NCBI GenBank assembly: GCA_035652015.1
Contig: DASREP010000050.1
Span: 11,876-75,875, forward strand
DNA from: Bradyrhizobium sp.
GTDB taxonomy: Bacteria > Pseudomonadota > Alphaproteobacteria > Rhizobiales > Xanthobacteraceae
Reading direction: 5' to 3'
Length of the DNA: 64,000 nucleotides
How positions within the stretch are numbered: position 1 is the stretch's first letter; every line of letters starts with the position of its first letter. Below the pieces are notes generated by a model. The model worked only from the letters and a program-made list of their open reading frames with translations, had not been told where the DNA came from and did not search any database. The position numbers and the translations under genes are program-made. This document shows, one piece after another, positions 59,634 through 64,000 of this stretch.

Positions 59634-62429
59634 ATGTCCCCCCAGACCATGCCTTCCGACGCGGAACTGCGGTCCAATCGCGCCGATGAGGCGCAGGCGA
59701 TCGAGGAGGATACCAGGCTTCGCAACGATATCCGCCTGCTCGGCCGCATCCTGGGCGACACCGTCCGCGACCAGGAGGGGGCCGATGTGTTCGACCTGGT
59801 CGAGCGCATCCGCCAGACCTCGATCCGCTTCCATCGGGACGAGGACCGCCTTGCCCGCCGGGAGCTCGAGACTATTCTCGACAGCATGTCGATTTCCGAC
59901 ACCGTGCGCATCGTCCGCGCCTTCAGCTATTTCTCCCACCTCGCCAATATCGCCGAGGACCAGAACACCATCCGCCAGATGCGCGCCAAGAACGGCGCCA
60001 AGGGCGCGCCGCGCGCTGGCGTGCTGGCGGAGACGCTGGCGCATGCGCAAGGCATGGGCTTGTCAGCCGCGGACTTGCGCAAATTCTTCAAGGAGGCGCT
60101 GGTCAGCCCCGTCCTGACCGCCCATCCGACCGAGGTCCGGCGCAAGAGCACCATGGACCGCGAGATGGAGATCGCCTCGCTGCTCGACCGGCGCGAGCGC
60201 GTCAAGCTCACGGCAGAGGAGGCAGAGGCGAGCGACGAGCAGCTGCGCCGCGCGGTGCAGACGCTGTGGCAGACCAATCTGCTGCGCCGGACCAAGCTGA
60301 CCGTGCTGGACGAGGTCGCCAATGGGCTCTCATTCTACGATTACACCTTCCTGCACGAGGTGCCGCGGCTGATCTGCGCGCTGGAAGACCGGCTCAACGA
60401 CGGCGATGAGGCGGCAGCCGAGATCGCGTCATTCTTAAGGATGGGAAGCTGGATCGGCGGCGACCGCGACGGCAATCCCTTTGTCACGGCGGACGTGATG
60501 CGCGGCACGCTGCGGCTGCAGTCGAGCCGCATCCTGCAGTTCTATCTGGAGGAGCTGCACGCGCTCGGTGCGGAGCTGTCGATTGCGGCCCATCTGGCCG
60601 AAGTGTCCGAAGATCTGCGCGTGCTCGCCGAGCGCTCGCCCGACAGGTCGCCGCATCGCAGCGGCGAGCCGTATCGTCTGGCAGTCTCCGGCATCTACGC
60701 AAGGCTGACCGCGACCGCCGCGAAGCTCAAGGTCGAGATCAGCCGCAAGCCGGTCGGGGAGGGCGCGCCCTATCAAAGCGTGAAGGAGCTGCAGGCCGAT
60801 CTCGACGTGCTGCATCGCTCGCTGCTCGCCAACAACGCCCGCGTCATCGCGCGCGGACGCTTGAGGCTGCTCCGCCGCGCCGTGGATTGCTTCGGCTTCC
60901 ATCTCGCCCGGCTTGATATCCGCCAGAATTCGGCCGTGCATGAGCGCACGGTTGCGGAGCTCCTGGATGCGGCGATCCCCGGCATGTCCTATCTCGCGCT
61001 CTCGGAGGAGTCGCGGGTCGGGCTGCTGTCCAACGAGCTGCGCAACTCCCGGCCGCTGGTGTCGAAATTCGTCAAATACAGCGAGGAGACGCTGGGCGAG
61101 CTGGCGGTATTCCAGGCGGCCGCCGAAGCGCATGCACAGTTCGGCGATGACGTCATTCCCCAATGCATCATCTCCATGTGCAAGGGCATGTCCGACATGC
61201 TCGAGGTGGCGCTGCTGCTCAAAGAGGTCGGCCTGATCAATCCGTCAGGGCGCAGCGGCATCAACATCGTGCCGCTGTTCGAGACCATCGAGGATCTGCA
61301 GGCTGCAGCCGGTATCATGGACCGCATGCTGTCGCTGCACGATTATCGCCGCCTGGTCGACAGCCGCGGCGCCGTGCAGGAGGTGATGCTCGGCTATTCC
61401 GACAGCAACAAGGATGGCGGCTTCGTCACCTCGGGCTGGGAGCTCTACAAGGCCGAGATCGAGCTGGTCTCCGTGTTCGAGCGCCATCATGTGCGGCTGC
61501 GCCTGTTTCACGGCCGCGGCGGCTCGGTCGGCCGCGGCGGCGGCCCGAGCTATGACGCGATCATCGCCCAGCCGGGTGGCGCCGTGAACGGGCAGATCCG
61601 CATCACCGAGCAGGGCGAGATCATCTCGTCGAAATATTCCAACGCCGAAGTCGGCCGTAACAATCTGGAGATCCTGGCAGCGGCGACATTGGAAGCAAGC
61701 CTGCTGCATCCGCGCCAGCCGGCGCCGAAGCGCGACTATCTCACCGCGATGGAGGAGATCTCGGCGCTCGCCTTCAAGGCCTATCGCGGCCTGGTCTATG
61801 AGACCGACGGCTTTGTCGATTATTTCTGGTCATCGACCGTCATCAACGAGATCGCGACCCTCAACATCGGCAGCCGCCCGGCCTCGCGCAAGAAGACCCG
61901 CGCCATCGAGGATCTGCGCGCGATCCCCTGGGTGTTCTCCTGGGCGCAGTGCCGCTTGATGCTGCCGGGCTGGTTCGGCTTCGGCAGCGCAGTTGAGGCC
62001 TGGATCGCCAACCATCCGGACCAGGGCATGCCGTTCCTGCGCGAGCTCTACCAGCAATGGCCGTTCTTCCGCACGCTGCTCTCGAACATGGACATGGTGC
62101 TCGCCAAAAGCTCGATCGCGATCGCCTCGCGCTATGCCGAGCTGGTCCCCGACGCGGAGCTGCGCGAAAAAATCTTCGGCCGCATCCGGCGCGAATGGCA
62201 TCTGGCGATCGAGACGCTGCTCGATATCACCGGGCAGGATCGGCTGTTGCAGGGCAACCCGCTGCTGGAGCGCTCGGTGCGCAACCGCTTCCCCTATCTC
62301 GACCCGCTCAACCATGTGCAGGTGGAGCTTCTCAAGGAGCACCGTGCGCAAAATCCGGACGAGCAGGTGTTGCGCGGGATTCAGCTGACCATCAACGGCA
62401 TCTCGGCGGGCTTGCGGAATACGGGTTAA
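59634..62429 (+). CDS. ppc: phosphoenolpyruvate carboxylase
   Basis: [53 protein letters not shown] and C-terminal LRNTG. Confidence 0.98.
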   Translation: MSPQTMPSDAELRSNRADEAQAIEEDTRLRNDIRLLGRILGDTVRDQEGADVFDLVERIRQTSIRFHRDEDRLARRELETILDSMSISDTVRIVRAFSYFSHLANIAEDQNTIRQMRAKNGAKGAPRAGVLAETLAHAQGMGLSAADLRKFFKEALVSPVLTAHPTEVRRKSTMDREMEIASLLDRRERVKLTAEEAEASDEQLRRAVQTLWQTNLLRRTKLTVLDEVANGLSFYDYTFLHEVPRLICALEDRLNDGDEAAAEIASFLRMGSWIGGDRDGNPFVTADVMRGTLRLQSSRILQFYLEELHALGAELSIAAHLAEVSEDLRVLAERSPDRSPHRSGEPYRLAVSGIYARLTATAAKLKVEISRKPVGEGAPYQSVKELQADLDVLHRSLLANNARVIARGRLRLLRRAVDCFGFHLARLDIRQNSAVHERTVAELLDAAIPGMSYLALSEESRVGLLSNELRNSRPLVSKFVKYSEETLGELAVFQAAAEAHAQFGDDVIPQCIISMCKGMSDMLEVALLLKEVGLINPSGRSGINIVPLFETIEDLQAAAGIMDRMLSLHDYRRLVDSRGAVQEVMLGYSDSNKDGGFVTSGWELYKAEIELVSVFERHHVRLRLFHGRGGSVGRGGGPSYDAIIAQPGGAVNGQIRITEQGEIISSKYSNAEVGRNNLEILAAATLEASLLHPRQPAPKRDYLTAMEEISALAFKAYRGLVYETDGFVDYFWSSTVINEIATLNIGSRPASRKKTRAIEDLRAIPWVFSWAQCRLMLPGWFGFGSAVEAWIANHPDQGMPFLRELYQQWPFFRTLLSNMDMVLAKSSIAIASRYAELVPDAELREKIFGRIRREWHLAIETLLDITGQDRLLQGNPLLERSVRNRFPYLDPLNHVQVELLKEHRAQNPDEQVLRGIQLTINGISAGLRNTG

Positions 62430-62451
62430 TTTGCGGCGTCTAAAATTTGCG

Positions 62452-62534
62452 CCGTCATTCCGGGGCGGTCCGCAGGACCGAACCCGGAATCTCGAGGTTC
62501 CGGGTTCGGCGCTGTCACACCGCCCCGGAACGAC
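62452..62534. repeat. GTCATTCCGGGGCG repeat, copy 3
   Basis: Inverted orientation relative to copy 1; between convergent genes. Confidence 0.88.
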
Positions 62535-62572
62535 CGGTGGACGTCTTGCCGACCACGCGCACTACCCGCCGG

Positions 62573-63712
62573 TCACGGCTTCAGAGCACCCTTCGCGCTC
62601 GTGTACAGCCCGTACAGCGATGTCGAGCCGCAGATGTAGAGTCTGTTGCGCTGCTGGCCGCCGAAGCACAGGTTGGCGACGGTCTCCGGCAGATGAACCT
62701 TGCCGATCAGGTGACCTTCGGGATTGTAGCAGCGAACGCCATCCTCCTTGGGATCGCCCCAGCCCATCGAGCACCAGACATTCCCGTCGGTGTCGACGCG
62801 CATCCCGTCGGTAAAGCCCGGCGCGAAGTCGTTGGCGAAGACCTTGCTGTTCGATAGTTTCCCCGCATCGTGATCGACGTCGAACACGCGGATCCAGGCC
62901 GGATTTCCCTCGCCCTCGGTGAGGCCGGTGTCGATGACATAGAGCTTCTTCTCGTCGGGCGAGAACGCAATACCGTTGGGCATGACGAAATCGTCGGCCA
63001 CGACCTTGACCTCGCCGGATTTTGGATCGACCCGGAAGACGTTGTGCTTGTCCTGTTCGAACGGCTCCTTAAGGCCCTCATAATCGCCCTTGATGCCGTA
63101 GCCCGGGTCCGTGAACCAGATCGCGCCGTTGGACGCGACGACAACATCGTTCGGTGCGTTGAGCTTCTTGCCCTGGTACTTGTCGGCAATGACGGTGATC
63201 GAGCCGTCAAGCTCGGTCCGCGTGATGCGTCGGCCGCTATGTTCGCACGTGACAAGGCGTCCCTCGCGGTCGATGGTGTTGCCGTTCGAGTTCATCGAGG
63301 GCTGTCGATAGACGCTCAGGTGGCCGTCATCTTCGCTGTAGCGCATGATGCGGTTGTTCGGGATGTCGCTGAACAACACGTAGCGGCCGGCCGGAAAGTA
63401 GACCGGTCCCTCGGCCCAGCGGAAGCCGGTTGCGAGGCGCTCAACCGCACCAGTCCCGGGGCTGCCTTTGAAGCTCTTGTCGAGCGCCTCGATATGCGCA
63501 TCGGGGTAGCGCGTGCCGGGCAGCGGCCCCAACGGCATTGGCTGGGTGTCCCTGAGCCGAACGGCCGTTTCGCCGAGCGGCCGCTCGGTCGCGCCAGCAG
63601 AGGCCGCTGTCGCCGCTGTTGCGGCCAATGCCGCGGCGCCCTTCAGGAGGGTGCGGCGCGCAACGCCGCCGGACTGCTTGTCATTGTTGGGAAAGGTCAG
63701 TGGGCTTGTCAT
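62573..63712 (-). CDS. SMP-30/gluconolactonase family protein with Tat signal
   Basis: ARRTLLKG signal; WAEGPVY, SNGNT, NAPND, PNGIAFSPD and DGMRVD motifs. Confidence 0.9.
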   Translation of the reverse strand: MTSPLTFPNNDKQSGGVARRTLLKGAAALAATAATAASAGATERPLGETAVRLRDTQPMPLGPLPGTRYPDAHIEALDKSFKGSPGTGAVERLATGFRWAEGPVYFPAGRYVLFSDIPNNRIMRYSEDDGHLSVYRQPSMNSNGNTIDREGRLVTCEHSGRRITRTELDGSITVIADKYQGKKLNAPNDVVVASNGAIWFTDPGYGIKGDYEGLKEPFEQDKHNVFRVDPKSGEVKVVADDFVMPNGIAFSPDEKKLYVIDTGLTEGEGNPAWIRVFDVDHDAGKLSNSKVFANDFAPGFTDGMRVDTDGNVWCSMGWGDPKEDGVRCYNPEGHLIGKVHLPETVANLCFGGQQRNRLYICGSTSLYGLYTSAKGALKP

Positions 63713-63820
63713 GGTTTCCTCCCATTTTATCGTTGGAAGGAAACCATGTGCCCGCATTCCGGCATAAAGCGGGCGATTGCGGCAGACAACCGGAGATAGT
63801 TTGGCCAACAGTCTCATTCA

Positions 63821-63880
63821 TAGCGTTTTCAAGCAAAGTGGACGCCGGTTCGCGTGAAGAAAACGCGTCAAAATAACAAG
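63821..63880. repeat. partial alphaproteobacterial palindromic element (GCGTTTTC...CCGG...GAAAACGC)
   Basis: GCGTTTTC/GAAAACGC inverted arms around a central CCGGTT; single copy in this window. Confidence 0.6.
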
Positions 63881-64000
63881 CTACACCGGGTCCCAGCTGA
63901 ACACGTCGGCGGAACGGTCGAGCTTGTAGAAGGACGGCTTCAGTGCCGGCATCGCATGTTCCGCGACCGTTGTCGGCGTCCAGCCTTCGCTGCGATGCAC
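63881..64000 (-). CDS. 3' end of a CDS running in from beyond the window, probably an extended SDR; absent from the ORF track
   Basis: Minus strand reads VHRSEGWTPTTVAEHAMPALKPSFYKLDRSADVFSWDPV* with typical codon usage. Confidence 0.65.
   Translation of the reverse strand: MHRSEGWTPTTVAEHAMPALKPSFYKLDRSADVFSWDPV

Overview
GC-rich alphaproteobacterial chromosome segment; gene content and repeat families point to Bradyrhizobium or a close relative (inference). It is almost entirely catabolic. In order: (1) upper phenylacetate pathway paaX-paaABCDE-paaI-paaK; (2) a redox/sulfur-flavoured block (MDR oxidoreductase, YeeE/YedE transporter, hydrolase-OsmC fusion, sulfite-oxidase-like Mo enzyme, MFS, cytochrome P450 with a CxxHxxC ferredoxin, TetR); (3) amidase, hydrolase, SDR, tartrate dehydrogenase and a LysR-flanked M20 amidohydrolase / DUF1445 / Liv-type ABC locus; (4) the L-threonate pathway ltnD-otnI-otnK plus otnC; (5) an MCP remnant, an Aer-like PAS-MCP and an RND pump; (6) a large acyl-CoA catabolic region with an LvaA/LvaB-like phosphotransferase pair, interrupted by a GGDEF-EAL gene and a tandem-barrel outer-membrane protein; (7) ppc and a Tat-exported lactonase. 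No rRNA, tRNA, CRISPR array, transposase or phage gene was seen. At least six families of short palindromic intergenic repeats occur, mostly between convergent genes. The best leads are the Lva-like CoA-ester phosphorylation cluster with a shared candidate operator (TTCCGC-N3-GCGGAA), the orphan DUF1445 pathway and the double-barrel OMP. All family calls come from motif recognition, not database searches.
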